From a virus (lineage: Duplodnaviria; Caudoviricetes): a DNA stretch of 56,787 nucleotides. The position numbers were made by a program, and so were the translations under genes. Shown here piece after piece: positions 21,601-30,458 of the stretch (position 1 is its first letter; each line of letters opens with the position of its first letter). The stretch is taken from positions 1-56,787 of the IMG/VR virus record IMGVR_UViG_3300028610_000868. One strand, 5' to 3'. The notes beneath the pieces are model-generated. The model worked only from the letters and a program-made list of their open reading frames with translations. It did not search any database and was not told the origin of the DNA.

Positions 21601-22715
21601 ACTGAAAGTGAAAATGGGCCTCTACTATAAGGGGCATTGCAAATTTCGTTGTATTCAGATTCTACTGAGCGTATTAACGGCTTGGTGGATATTCGTGTCC
21701 AATCAAACTCGGCGTCCGTGAAGTCTTCTGTTACTATGATTGAAGTAACGTTGTCCACTATATGAACTTCGCGTGTTTCAACACGCCAAAGCCTAATCGG
21801 TTGCGCAGTTGCGCTATCTTCGGTAGCAAACACATAATCTTTTGTAAACAAGTCAGTAAAGTCACCATCCACAAAGATCTTTCTACGATCTGCATCTATT
21901 CCTGTTATTGGCAATTCAGTATTAGATACCTGCCCATAAATATCATTGACCCCCAGCACAATATCATAATCCCCTGTATCAAACACAAGATCAGTGGTGT
22001 TATCTAGAACGTTATATGACGAAGCGAGTACTTTTGCTGCTATAGGATTCACTAAAGCCCCAGACAAAATAGCAAGTTCTCCATCTCTAAATGTTGTAGT
22101 TAAGTTTTCTTCAACTTCGACAGTGTTAGTAAATTCGTCATAACTCACGATAGTGTGAATTGGCATTGATGTGGTAACTGCACGTAAAGTTTGTGTGTAA
22201 CGCGCTTCTACCCAATTACAGTGATTTTTAATTGTAATATATTGTGGTGGATCATTGAGATCGGTTGATGCCCAAAAATAGTCTTGGTAATTGATTAATT
22301 TGTCTATGTCTATAGGCGGAATCCAGTTGAATTGGAGACTGCTTCCCCATTCATTAAATCGGTCAAGATCCACGCCCAGTAAGGCTAACCTGTTCATAAA
22401 ATCTTGGAACGATAGGAACCAGTCGAGGTTACCAACCTTATCATATACAATTGGCTGAAGCTGATTTGCTTGTCTATACTCGGTTGGTTCAATTATCTGA
22501 CGTAATTCTGTGATAATTGATTCGTCTAGAGATCCTATAATACCTACGATTCGTTCCACTTCATCTTTAGTAAAGAACCGGTTAAACAGATTATGGTTTA
22601 GCCCTTCCAATAACTTAGCATTATCCAAGTTAATTGCTGGAAGCAGCTTATTTAAATCTGTTCCGGGTTTATTATAATCTGAAAGATTCTTGGCGCTCAC
22701 GAAAACCTCATACAC
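12618..22715 (-). CDS. Giant (3365 aa) virion structural protein, baseplate/fibre-associated, with Thr-Pro linker near C-terminus
   Basis: Continuous ORF between gp6 and gp15; DKLINYQDYFW and RAQQPIIE motifs typical of jumbo-phage baseplate-associated proteins; PTPTPSVT tract. Confidence 0.8.
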   Translation of the reverse strand: MYEVFVSAKNLSDYNKPGTDLNKLLPAINLDNAKLLEGLNHNLFNRFFTKDEVERIVGIIGSLDESIITELRQIIEPTEYRQANQLQPIVYDKVGNLDWFLSFQDFMNRLALLGVDLDRFNEWGSSLQFNWIPPIDIDKLINYQDYFWASTDLNDPPQYITIKNHCNWVEARYTQTLRAVTTSMPIHTIVSYDEFTNTVEVEENLTTTFRDGELAILSGALVNPIAAKVLASSYNVLDNTTDLVFDTGDYDIVLGVNDIYGQVSNTELPITGIDADRRKIFVDGDFTDLFTKDYVFATEDSATAQPIRLWRVETREVHIVDNVTSIIVTEDFTDAEFDWTRISTKPLIRSVESEYNEICNAPYSRGPFSLSVFPQSLAEASVDNEMGDIIWVKHISLLSRTTNGLDGTTLGSNVFTDTNGAKDFLDGTYRVGDILRINDTGIAGDYIIENLLTSDQLGLDRVFFDQTAISYDIVRERVLTDMEGDTEPPALSVGQLWYDTANDQLKRWGVLSAWDVMLDGYSYLIDINNDAHLIDLAQNNDWVDENKWIHITEINSFTGKLRAQQPIIEYFPFVKLSHHSYADKTWKYRRNTEVSYADTTQEPTLFEIIDTTVVDGDEITIVDGTTILFHHKFGNLTADLTEGVSIKFGSFGFNTGERNVASSEFVQLTPNSRWVTRMFLETPIPAPGDPVDLGSYIAPITTSLGDNWISVETYHWQFQGLENILASSVEPTPNPMLSDFVGSSTDATKATLWGLAYQEFKILSGGSSIFGALLILDSSLHDLCLFEDYQEGDIRVYINDVRQYGNFNDVQSDFSPDYTGGIIFAPTFEITEDDIIRIELGEYDIEDIGKRAVIVNTGSGVELFNLVDTRRIEQVKSERAQYPWFNVYDIHNEPFIFASNLFRYRDAEDGEYFLTIDQKIDFDEPAQDYQFEQGLVDDETGELYIYYDTRELNNEYQSIWKHGLGKEQYIPVVADGFWEIPNQLYFNVSHENRKNVNLTDIFRHFSTIIDAQTAIGVSNSGFNNFYHIDQAVNYGLGGSIKEHNDGMDTLISSMFVNNTNPIDIISFANAQYDSLQNGLREMLSANIVDYLNQSGINNVEDLTTYVKAELKTVFERNDRLDQWFGDSTTWDLTTSAGIKNWIATIPFFGLAQSLTPYLLIDEATEILQLVHHDGHRLDVNFNQAALSILFNTISLNTTLETINVGDPFPTLIDDNPVETGDLVIEVDVSASTRTLYRLNSLSVWEELDITLLYANILLGVEEDLFSILGSGATPPNFTSKFDFSITQNDIAYDLKSQEQFSRYVRELNIQTPLTNSGYVQNNPFTWNYAYTDITTDPVTGLETSNDIAHWEALYNNVYGTPLPHLEPWVLQGYITKPTWWDAEYLDPTLTRKWLAAMWTNILTGIVPIGYDAPNGDAGTGIAGQITILFTYIPVNMEATDTLDGYVPDAVLPPYWNSNNSVNVAVRGLFDAALNEFIVTPNADYVYGQLGPSEWAWSISSNRLYDELIVAFKLQPLKFFNQSFGLDLVDVVCLQVTDIVNKVRSHLDIVFHGDVDIDGNLFQVNGLNQWYIHFNRYSGFDGVSSEFRKMWKDWTVPLTYQFSAFIDTDNFKLSSTLFDPTDRDYGILFKKTSGIRDLWIDSLITTLLSTPSSFANENDSGLGWTVSFDNSSPVGRPIETFGVQSYPVRALSRDVLSPNPPFKIFSFKLDDALTQDSFGFDMVNYSETISLETATGLANDSTVYSASILFNGAFAFPLSIEGSDAQTFEELIDEINIQINDPSDPYGIISIRDGNLMISSNTIGGTTSVVITDTDLFVTATPSGITYGGTTGNQFSTITFDKIFYVKDNVVKFFPPRTSFDLIDSTNFNGTYTVVSSFYSPTERRTRIEVNEEYIITDNTVDGYLEPETAVDMPDTWITGIGVTWGSNGITPAYGDPADFEVFGTTKLYYLIRDNDREFRLTPTREDAINGTNSISPVNEGSEQQYIGRVKNSFTAFSARSVLQYWKQHFIDDRVVQEHPTPITISGVQNMVDFINGYGSYLESQGVLYTDTDSTNRDQNTGKINDWQMSTEQLIEFIYNTRRRTQTLPEEFVVVPEHISDTFVGPENVTWVTGTLVTLTSPEGTLPAEFENPIADSIPYYIIKTATSGVFQLAASEAHARNGSNITFSDNGSGDIILNIAVDSTRLPTITLNPHGNSVTIQHETGILSNVLEGTKLDLITDQRIYDKNNNNLSSNDIIVSRRDIQTQIELSNSRRQANLENTDDVITMQGMHLFFDGYEHILQFENYSTAGLLLYDPFLGINIPRVSLEFDRQEGFTLRPNVGGNVVLDRTQIQNIESAIESLRRAYSPHRSKEGDDITKRVRKALGYEGPFDYADDIGITDKAQFTFYRGMIQKKGTNFAANAFSNQVAYNQLIIDEFWAYRLGTFGDSKEKIYPEMRLFTNDVVRNELRLEFKDPSSDVGVSDITFIPITLDDSTRWFDQPDQAEKLSPRDRIYFTTVPLEYYEDVGAAPVAGYGEPGYFTANGEEYLRLEHAADAAWVGVLLTPADPWSTINILDEGNGFEFVTNTLIKFTHGTFKPSSNTIFVITLGYNYEAQNPASIINRQAGEVVTEISIWNPARQQYYSKAIAVVDRRQNIDPARYNSPADGSTGLDNFWHSDKKDIVWFDTNSEGYLPYDDKNVESNKNIRFQNWGTLANWGEINLFQWTESDLPPSEYDEAVIQENDATIPISDRKSGTTRTVVYRNDGTEEVPTWVEERDEHFDFVNETIENSTYTDAGGSLNTDVFVYVDGVYHSTQSFGSGIEFNNFRATLPGKLIHVIAPASTPTQEEIDAILYKLDTPYSVYNSINPNTGNEVLTYYFWVENRLSDVPLRGGFTNKTTLKTAKEGIETIPTPYMIPNNPVDLKGTAFNELLSLFDPTRVNPDIMLSYEYPFGYNQLIIKGLDDNVQANNAYTLRFIRDFSLRDRLTPDLSFAHRLNPKGGEMHRKNVHDEWKMFRERQLSKIDIDLWNNITESMLGFEYDGDPIDGVIPTPTPTPSVTPTISVTPTIGSSATPTPTLTVTPSVTTEPTKTPVPTQTPSVTPTIGVSSTPPPTPTRTPAVTPTNTPQVTPSKTPSVSNTPPVTPTRTPAVTPTNTATPNVTPTVTLTPSNTPTEPPASGPPPTVTPTTTPVVTPASSSGTITLLPWSSNASPVYAASDSTIVGFKVGGSAATTLRRGYWWRNNGDDLSRMNPWWESSGVDVNDAPPATYDDLYIYATVVQNDGVSFTSESDLRDTWLNMTDTRQWLIEENSSIYTQTVALDMWAVHKIGSAPTGNPAINGTLNAVYMGIVHLVLIDPDINIEIGYPYYSGGGGGSGPHYRQV
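13170..13625 (-). repeat. Thr-Pro/Ser low-complexity tract, including a 35-bp direct repeat (13303-13337 / 13393-13427)
   Basis: About 150 aa of (TP)n-like repeats; GTGTTTGTCGGAGTCACAGCCGGTGTTCTCGTAGG occurs twice, 90 bp apart. Confidence 0.9.
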
Positions 22716-22772
22716 AATATCAAGTGATTAGTATTATTTATCTCACTTGCATGTGATGGAAAACCGTCATTT

Positions 22773-25679
22773 TTACTGGCGAAGAGTTTGGGGATCTAAA
22801 GACTCCACTATTTCCACTTGGTCAACGGTGAAATCAACCTGAATTATTTCATCTTCTCGTGATAGTACTTGATATAAGTCACCAAATTCATTTGTGTTAA
22901 GTATCGGAACCAATACAACAGAATCCAGTGCTGTGGGTAAGGTAGAATGAATGAATGCTGACAGTTCTGAAAAATAGAAAGTTTCACCAAATTCCCATAA
23001 TCTTATATCAAAAAATTCAATTACTGCATCTACTATACTCGTCTTAATCTGATTATTACTGAGACTGCGGTCAGCAGAACGAATAACTTTGATTGTTGCT
23101 TGAACTTCTGTAGCAGCATTGGAACCAAACAATATCTTGATATTACCCGGATGTAATATCACAGTATCCGATATCATTTTATTTTCCAATAGCTCTTGAT
23201 AATCCCCTCTAAGCTGGAATGGTGTTGGTGCTTCTGGTTCAGCAGATAGATTACCATTTAGCCATAATCTAAGATTTCTAGCGTACCCACGGGTTATAAC
23301 ATACATATCTACAATATTAGAAGAGGCAGGATCTATTAAATGATACCTTGGTGTTCGGTGAAACCATGCAAAGTTGATTCCTTCCTTACCATTTTCTCTC
23401 TTCCATAATTGGTCCACTTGGTTTGGATTGATTGCCTGATCTTCATTCCATTCCTCTTCCGGGTTGATACTTTGATATGCGGTTTGGAAAACCCACGGAT
23501 CATTGATTGTTTCCCTGTTAAAATAAACATAGTCTGTCGGGCCAAAGAGATAAGCTAGATCAACATCATCTGGGATGCCGTCACCATTGGCATCATCCGG
23601 CATGATATATAATTTGTTAATATCGATCAATCCAGTATTTTCTCCGGTGTCTATTATTACTTGTCCCAATACATCAAAATCATAATTTTGTGTTAACAGG
23701 GCAGAAGCACCGGTATTAGCCATCAGTACAACCACTGTATCAAGATTGGTATTCAGAGTATCGGTGGTTATAACCGAGCCATCGCTAACATTCCAAAATT
23801 TTGTCTCTTGGCTATGAAAAATTATGCGTATTGATTCATAACATAGTTCCCAATCCGTACCAGCTAAAGAGGAAACACTGAACCAGTATTCGGTGCCAGT
23901 TAAGTCTTCCACCCATGCTGACCCGTTGAAATCAAAATATTTGGTGGACGGTTTATTATTAGTAGCGTCCACTAATCTACTTTCTATAAGAGTCCGTTCA
24001 GTTTCTGTGAACTCAGTTTTAATGGCCGTAGGTGCTATGCCCTCAATTATAAAGCGAGTAAAGAAAGCCCCAGAAGATAACAACGGTTCAATATGGTTGT
24101 CAATTAATGAGGCAATCAATGCTTCGTGATTTGGTGGATCTTCATCAGGAAGCACACTTGAATAGATGGTTTCACATATTTCGTCAACGTCATCCTCAAC
24201 GTTGAAGTATATCACCCCATCATCTCCAAATATCTTTACATTATCATAGCTTTCACTTGGGTCATGCCATGGAATGTACTTTGAGTCCCCAGCAAATGTT
24301 CGGTTAACTGACCGCAATTTTAAAATGGTGTTATCTTGTAATAAGAATTCATTATAATCACGCCCATTAACCATACGGTCTTGTGTGTAATACACCGCTG
24401 GTGCTGTTTTTCGTATATGCTCTATATCCTCTGATGGAGCAGAATTTTGAATTGGGGTTAACAGTGACACGGTTAAATTAAAGGTTTGCTCTTTGGCCTC
24501 GGGGTCATTGTATGTGAACGAACTTCCAACATCTTGTATAGCCGTTGTGGGAATTGGATTATCTGTGTTGGCCGATTCTCTTGACCATATTTCAAATGTT
24601 CCGTTTGGTATGTTTGCAAATTTTCCGTCACCAAATATCACACGGAACTGATCATCATCCAACGTCTCAATTTCATATCTGTTTCTGTTTGTTTCACTGG
24701 TGAACACAATGTTTTGTCCACCAGCCGTATCAACCTCTATCCATTCTCCGAGACGAGTTTCAGCGTTGAAATCCTCACTATCCTCTAGAATTTCCCCGGT
24801 GTCTGGATCAATATTATTAATGAAGATGTCAGTTTCGTTACTGTTTGAAAGAAGAACATCATATGTTTGGTTGGGGGTTATACCATCAAAAGATGTCTCA
24901 GTACGGGAAAGTGTACCTTGTTTCGTATACATGAAAAATCCGGTGTTCTCTGAAGAATCTCCCAATCCGTCATTCAAATATAAAACACCGAGGTTCAAAT
25001 CTTTTTCTGGCCTTGTTTCTAATGGGCCAAATTCATTTAAATCAGAACCAACTAATTCCATTGGTAATGTTTCACTTGAAACTGTGATTGAGTATGGAAG
25101 GGTGTTAGTTGATAGGGAACTATTGATAAATTTATACTTCTCAAATAATACGTCTTGAACTTGTACCCGGTCAGATGGTGAGACAACCCCAAACTGTTGA
25201 TCCAACACCCTATTCATAATTAGGATAAACTGTTCTTTCCAATTATCATTGTTAGTGTCATTCCAGCGTATTGTGGAATTGGACAAATCATTGCCAGCCG
25301 AATCAAACACGCGCTCAGTGGTGCTGACGCTGGTTAATTTAACTAATCCTCTGGCAGGTATGTTTCTATTAGAGTTGTAAGACAGTAACTTAGCTAAACG
25401 CAGGATGGATTCTTTTCTTTCAGCAGTAGAAATAAAATTCTCGTGGGCATTCATATCAAAACGATATGCATCCAATTCTGCCAAATATGCAAATAGTTCA
25501 AGAAGAGCAACTAGTTCAGAGCTTTCTATAAAGTCATTAAATTCTTCAGGATAGTATAATTTCAGATAATCAAGCATGGACTCCTTAATTGTCTGGAAAT
25601 CCCATGCAGCAAAATTAACTTGTTGAAAAGCCTCATATGCTCTTTCCCAATTTTCTGCTCTGTTTATAACTCTAGTCAT
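22773..25679 (-). CDS. gp6: Baseplate wedge protein (gp6-like)
   Basis: DFQTIK, FNDFIESSE, FISTAERKESILRLAKLLSY, VIFGDG, EDIEHIRKTAP..Y.TQDRMV..DY. Confidence 0.9.
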   Translation of the reverse strand: MTRVINRAENWERAYEAFQQVNFAAWDFQTIKESMLDYLKLYYPEEFNDFIESSELVALLELFAYLAELDAYRFDMNAHENFISTAERKESILRLAKLLSYNSNRNIPARGLVKLTSVSTTERVFDSAGNDLSNSTIRWNDTNNDNWKEQFILIMNRVLDQQFGVVSPSDRVQVQDVLFEKYKFINSSLSTNTLPYSITVSSETLPMELVGSDLNEFGPLETRPEKDLNLGVLYLNDGLGDSSENTGFFMYTKQGTLSRTETSFDGITPNQTYDVLLSNSNETDIFINNIDPDTGEILEDSEDFNAETRLGEWIEVDTAGGQNIVFTSETNRNRYEIETLDDDQFRVIFGDGKFANIPNGTFEIWSRESANTDNPIPTTAIQDVGSSFTYNDPEAKEQTFNLTVSLLTPIQNSAPSEDIEHIRKTAPAVYYTQDRMVNGRDYNEFLLQDNTILKLRSVNRTFAGDSKYIPWHDPSESYDNVKIFGDDGVIYFNVEDDVDEICETIYSSVLPDEDPPNHEALIASLIDNHIEPLLSSGAFFTRFIIEGIAPTAIKTEFTETERTLIESRLVDATNNKPSTKYFDFNGSAWVEDLTGTEYWFSVSSLAGTDWELCYESIRIIFHSQETKFWNVSDGSVITTDTLNTNLDTVVVLMANTGASALLTQNYDFDVLGQVIIDTGENTGLIDINKLYIMPDDANGDGIPDDVDLAYLFGPTDYVYFNRETINDPWVFQTAYQSINPEEEWNEDQAINPNQVDQLWKRENGKEGINFAWFHRTPRYHLIDPASSNIVDMYVITRGYARNLRLWLNGNLSAEPEAPTPFQLRGDYQELLENKMISDTVILHPGNIKILFGSNAATEVQATIKVIRSADRSLSNNQIKTSIVDAVIEFFDIRLWEFGETFYFSELSAFIHSTLPTALDSVVLVPILNTNEFGDLYQVLSREDEIIQVDFTVDQVEIVESLDPQTLRQ

Positions 25680-25702
25680 GTTTCGGCCCGTTAATCATAT
25701 AA

Positions 25703-26080
25703 TTAGTTTTCAAAGGTCAGATTGATGTGTAATGTATTGCGCAGATCCAACTCAACATAAAACAAACTGGCAGCAATTGCCATGATTCTATTTTCAAAGT
25801 CAGTAGCCATTACGTAATCATCTTCTGATAATAAAATAACTCTTGGGTCAAACCCAATTACCTCACGCACTTGGTCATTTATTAAAACGATAGTCGGGTC
25901 ATCAAATGGTTCAAACAATAAATCCTGTATATTAGTGCCATACCCACGGAAGCCAACACGTTCACCCTTTCTGGTGAAAATGTGGTTTAGTAAGTCCTGT
26001 TCAACCATCTCAACATCAGTAAGTACAAACGACTTATCACGTTGCCAGCTCTTGAATGAAAACCCTCTATACACTGCCAT
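25703..26080 (-). CDS. gp25: Baseplate wedge / sheath initiator (gp25-like)
   Basis: DLLNHIFTRKGER, YGT.I.DLLFEP, FDPRV. Confidence 0.92.
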   Translation of the reverse strand: MAVYRGFSFKSWQRDKSFVLTDVEMVEQDLLNHIFTRKGERVGFRGYGTNIQDLLFEPFDDPTIVLINDQVREVIGFDPRVILLSEDDYVMATDFENRIMAIAASLFYVELDLRNTLHINLTFEN

Positions 26081-26102
26081 ATTTTTAACCTGATCTTTAC
26101 TC

Positions 26103-26110
26103 TATTTATA
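26103..26110 (-). promoter_or_regulatory. T4-type late promoter TATAAATA
   Basis: Exact match upstream of gp25-like gene. Confidence 0.7.
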
Positions 26111-26114
26111 TCTC

Positions 26115-27842
26115 TTACCGTCTCCAGAAAGGTCCACGTGTGATTGTATCAGTTCCTTCCACCTTTCCTATCGATTCTCTACCGTTTGTGCCGACATTAT
26201 CGTATTGTTTAATCCAATCCACATTATTCAAATACCCAGAATTGAGGGAGTTAACTGTATCATTGGAATCCTGCATTAATACTCTTGGCCACGGCTCATG
26301 CTCTGGAACTCTGTTTGTCCATGGGGATATTTGAGTTTCGTCTTCTTCCACCTCCGGGTTAGCTTCTAATGCTTCATCATTAATTTCTGTTGCATCATTA
26401 GCATCGTATCCAGATCCTACAGCATTTACAGTTGTACCGGCTGAAGAACCAGTAGAGATAGTGTGCGCGTGACTATCAAAAACGGACACAAACGCATTAA
26501 CTTCCCCAACAAATTCATCTAAGAAATCAATTTGGTCACGTACTGTAGTATCTTTCCCAGTTACTCGGAATCGTATATTTCCAGAATCAAAAATCACATC
26601 GTTTACTGCCGTGATATACGCGCTACTACCTACTTCTAAATTGTAATCTCCCCCCACACTTAAATCAACGTTACCGGTCTCAACACTTCCAAGAACGTCA
26701 TTCTGAATGTTGAAGCGTATATCGGCACCTACTGTTACGTTCAAGTCATCAGCAGCATGTAACCTAATTTCCCCGGTCCTAAGTTGGCTGGCAAGCGGTG
26801 TTTGTCCAGTTGCTTGTCCAGCATACATTGAAATATATGTCCCAGCCTTAAACCGTATTGATTCATCAGCAGAGAAATTTAAATCCTTACCGGAATGGAT
26901 GGATAATCTACGTTCAGCGAAGATGTCTATATTTCCAGAAGAATCCATTTCTAACCAGCTTTTACCACCACTGGCCGAAAAATACATACGTTCATTAGTA
27001 TCATCCAATATTATCTGATGACCACCAGTTGTTCTTATTCTAATGCGAGAGTTAAATGCACGGTCATCCATCTGAATGGAATGAAAGCCGGGAGTTGACC
27101 AAGAAAACACACGAGATGCTAAGAATGATGCAATGTTCTTATATCCTGTCCAATCATATCCATGATCCCCGAGCTTTTGATCCACCCAACTATCAGGTTC
27201 GGCAGATTTCATGGAAGCATTGTCACTATCAATGTATTCTTGTTTGTTGGTGGCTGGTGCTTCCTTTACAGAAGTGATTTGATAGTCTGCTGCTCTGGTT
27301 CTCCATTCAGCAGAACCCATTTGATACCCAAAGGCTTCTCGTAGTTGGGTGGCCGTTGGTTCAATGAAATCACCAGTTGATGACTGTGGACCTTGTACTT
27401 CATCATCAATGTGTTTAAATCTTCCATGCCCCAACGTATGAGTTTCTTGGTGACTGGGTAAACATCCAAGCCATATTCTACGTCGTGGATCACCGTTGAT
27501 ACATGCAATAATAGCATGTGCCCCAATTTCTGGAATAGCCCAAAACCCATAATGTACTGGGCCAATAGTAGTTTCGCTTCCTTGTATATGTCCACGGGCA
27601 TATGATTGGTTGTTAATTACCCCACCAACCGGTGATACATACCCGGCCCACGGTAGGTGTAACAACTTTTTAGGGTCATCATTATATGATGGACAAAATA
27701 TACGAAGTCTTCCTTGCTGTAAAGGATCATCGTTATCCACCACAACACCAACAGACATAACATCCGTTATGTCTGTTAGGTCCCCAGATTCTTTACTATT
27801 AGCAATAAAATCTTCAATTAGCCCATCAATCATTTCGTTCAT
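26115..27842 (-). CDS. gp5: Baseplate central spike (gp5/VgrG-like) without lysozyme domain
   Basis: OB-fold GVVVDNDDPLQQGRLRI, LPWA, YGFWAIP; beta-helix repeats; RTTGGHQIILDD. Confidence 0.87.
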   Translation of the reverse strand: MNEMIDGLIEDFIANSKESGDLTDITDVMSVGVVVDNDDPLQQGRLRIFCPSYNDDPKKLLHLPWAGYVSPVGGVINNQSYARGHIQGSETTIGPVHYGFWAIPEIGAHAIIACINGDPRRRIWLGCLPSHQETHTLGHGRFKHIDDEVQGPQSSTGDFIEPTATQLREAFGYQMGSAEWRTRAADYQITSVKEAPATNKQEYIDSDNASMKSAEPDSWVDQKLGDHGYDWTGYKNIASFLASRVFSWSTPGFHSIQMDDRAFNSRIRIRTTGGHQIILDDTNERMYFSASGGKSWLEMDSSGNIDIFAERRLSIHSGKDLNFSADESIRFKAGTYISMYAGQATGQTPLASQLRTGEIRLHAADDLNVTVGADIRFNIQNDVLGSVETGNVDLSVGGDYNLEVGSSAYITAVNDVIFDSGNIRFRVTGKDTTVRDQIDFLDEFVGEVNAFVSVFDSHAHTISTGSSAGTTVNAVGSGYDANDATEINDEALEANPEVEEDETQISPWTNRVPEHEPWPRVLMQDSNDTVNSLNSGYLNNVDWIKQYDNVGTNGRESIGKVEGTDTITRGPFWRR

Positions 27843-30349
27843 TATCTGTCACCGGGTGTCCCCGCTACAAGCACTGCCTTGTCTGGTTCTTTCTTTTTCT
27901 CAATCCCTTGCAACGCCTTTGTTTGTGCGGTTCTTGTTATGTTTCCTTCTTTGGTTACTGCTAATATTTCTTTTTGTGTTTCTGATGTTTCTTCTGCGCT
28001 TAAATTGCCCTTTTCAGCATTGGCTTTATTTTGTTTTTCCACTTCTGCTTGGACTGTCGCTTCTCTCTTTATTTTGTTTTCCTCTACTTGACTAGCCGGG
28101 ACAGCGACAGGATTAATACCACCCATACCACCTATCGACAGGTATGCAGCGGCTTTGCCTTTAGCTCTACTTACATTAGGATCTTCTTTCACATATTCTT
28201 CGGTGGGAGTGTAAAGACCCAAAGCGGCAGCGGCACCAAGAGCAGCATCTCTAACAGCATACATGGCGTCACCAGCAATAGTAGTGGCCGTGGCAAGTTT
28301 TGGATATTCAGCCATCATACCGTCGGAAAATGTACGAACGTCAGCCCCAAACTTTGCTTCAATATCCGCTATAATATCTGGCATAGCTAACAGAGCAGCA
28401 GCAGGGCCTATTGGTGATTTAATAACGCCTTCAATCGCCTCAAGTATCATCACGTTTGATACTAATGGAGCTTTTGTTTCTGCCGCTGCCGCGTCTAATC
28501 TGATTTGCTGTTGTTCCTTAACAGCCTCTGTTACCTTGGCTTGTTCCCTCATTTGTATGCTGGTTATTTCTTCAATGCCAGCTTGCTGCATCAATATTTG
28601 AAGACGTTGTGCCCGCTCTACACCTTCCGGTCCTTGAGCAAAAGCGGCAGTCAACTCAGTACCTAACTTCTTACGCAATTCCGTCATACGTACATCAAAT
28701 GCCCCACGGTCTGTTTCAGTTAATGATTCTCTGAATCCCCTTCCTCGCTGTAATAGTTCTGCATCAGCGCCACCCATTCCTAGTTCTTCGGCTAACTGAC
28801 CAGTAAACGCTGCTTGAACTACACGCTCCGCTCCCATACGACCGCGTTCTGCTGCCAATTGCTTTCTATACTTCATAAATTCGTCAGCATTCATCCCAAC
28901 ATTATGTTGTAATAGTGAGAAGGAATCAGTTAACATGGTGGTTGCGTTGGCACCTTGGCCTAAGCTCATCATCAACCCTTGAAAACTAGGATCACTCGCC
29001 ATATCTTCAAATTCGCTGAAAAGTTCCCTCGCTGACTTGTTTGAAGTTTTCGCCATGTTTTCCACACCTTGGGTAAATGCGGAAAAGTTTCTCTGGGTGG
29101 CTTCCATTCCCATATTGGATAGGGTTGTTATTCCCTGACTTACCATATCAAGTTGGGCTTGTCCAGTAGCACCGAAGGTGTCCCGTACTATGTTACCATA
29201 GCCCTCAATTGCCTTTACTCCTTCTCCCGCAGATAACATTGCAGTTCCTGTGATTGAAGTCAACACATCCCTGTTTGTGGCAGCAAACCGTGAAGCTTCC
29301 TCTGGAGAAACACCCATAAGAAAAGAAGCGTCAATCAAATCTTTTATGTTTCCCCCACCACCAAGCTCAAATCCAGTGGCCAAAGTTTCTCGCATGGCGC
29401 TTGATGTTCTAGTTAAAAATACACCAACAGCTATTCCTATTGGACCGGTTAATTTTGATAATGAATTCGTAAAACTGTTTTGTGCTTTCTTCCTTTCCTT
29501 TTCGGCCAGTTTTGCTGCTTTAAGGGCTTCTTTGGCCGCTACCGTGGTCTCTCTGGATACTTTTAATCTAGATTTATCTTCAGTTGTTAATAGCTTTGAT
29601 ACAGATGCAAGTTTTCTATGTTCTTGGGAAAGAGCAGCATTACTACCTGATAAATTCTTTACTGACTCATCTATAGCATTCACCATGGAATTAAAGTCAC
29701 CGTCAGCTTCTCCGAATGCTTTGGATAAAGAATCCACTTGCATTCCGTTTTCATGAAGGGCATTATTAATAATTTGAATTGAGCCAAGGTAAGAGTCGTG
29801 TACTGATGATAGATCATCTCCCCTCTTTGCGGCATTCTCTGCTGCGTTCCTAAGGTGTTGCAACCCTGTTATTGCAGTTTCGTTTTTGTCATGATGCTCT
29901 TTTATTACATCGGATAGAGTTTCTATACCCTTACCAAGATCTTCGTTCTTTTCAAAGATATCATCAGATTGTTTTATTTGGTCTTTTAGGCTTGCGGATA
30001 TGTTTGATATAGAGTCAGAAACCAGAGATGTGCTACTTTTTATGGCACCGCTTGAAGCAGATAATTCATCCTTTATGGTCTTGGATATTTTATCTAAATT
30101 TTTCCCAGATTCCTTTTTTAACTTATTCTGCTCTTTGGTTATCGCTTTTTCTTCTTTCTTCGCTTCTTTAAGGGATGTGTTGGCCTTCTCTAAATCACTA
30201 AAAGATTTAAGCAATGCTGAAGAAGAAAGGCCACCCCCAGTATCATCACTCATACCTGTTTTTCCGCCAGCAATAGCTTTCGCCGTCACACCAGTATGGC
30301 GTTCAATAAGTTCTAGGTATCTTACTGCTTCTTTTGACAATTCAGCCAT
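27842..30349 (-). CDS. Probable tape measure protein
   Basis: 835-aa Ala/Ser-rich helical protein immediately upstream of spike gene. Confidence 0.55.
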   Translation of the reverse strand: MAELSKEAVRYLELIERHTGVTAKAIAGGKTGMSDDTGGGLSSSALLKSFSDLEKANTSLKEAKKEEKAITKEQNKLKKESGKNLDKISKTIKDELSASSGAIKSSTSLVSDSISNISASLKDQIKQSDDIFEKNEDLGKGIETLSDVIKEHHDKNETAITGLQHLRNAAENAAKRGDDLSSVHDSYLGSIQIINNALHENGMQVDSLSKAFGEADGDFNSMVNAIDESVKNLSGSNAALSQEHRKLASVSKLLTTEDKSRLKVSRETTVAAKEALKAAKLAEKERKKAQNSFTNSLSKLTGPIGIAVGVFLTRTSSAMRETLATGFELGGGGNIKDLIDASFLMGVSPEEASRFAATNRDVLTSITGTAMLSAGEGVKAIEGYGNIVRDTFGATGQAQLDMVSQGITTLSNMGMEATQRNFSAFTQGVENMAKTSNKSARELFSEFEDMASDPSFQGLMMSLGQGANATTMLTDSFSLLQHNVGMNADEFMKYRKQLAAERGRMGAERVVQAAFTGQLAEELGMGGADAELLQRGRGFRESLTETDRGAFDVRMTELRKKLGTELTAAFAQGPEGVERAQRLQILMQQAGIEEITSIQMREQAKVTEAVKEQQQIRLDAAAAETKAPLVSNVMILEAIEGVIKSPIGPAAALLAMPDIIADIEAKFGADVRTFSDGMMAEYPKLATATTIAGDAMYAVRDAALGAAAALGLYTPTEEYVKEDPNVSRAKGKAAAYLSIGGMGGINPVAVPASQVEENKIKREATVQAEVEKQNKANAEKGNLSAEETSETQKEILAVTKEGNITRTAQTKALQGIEKKKEPDKAVLVAGTPGDR

Positions 30350-30458
30350 GGTAATCCCAAATGTAAATTCTTATATCTATATTTAGTTTTTTACACAAAG
30401 ACCGAATTTCACGTCTTTGTATAAAACATAAATAGTTTCATAAACATGAGGATATACC

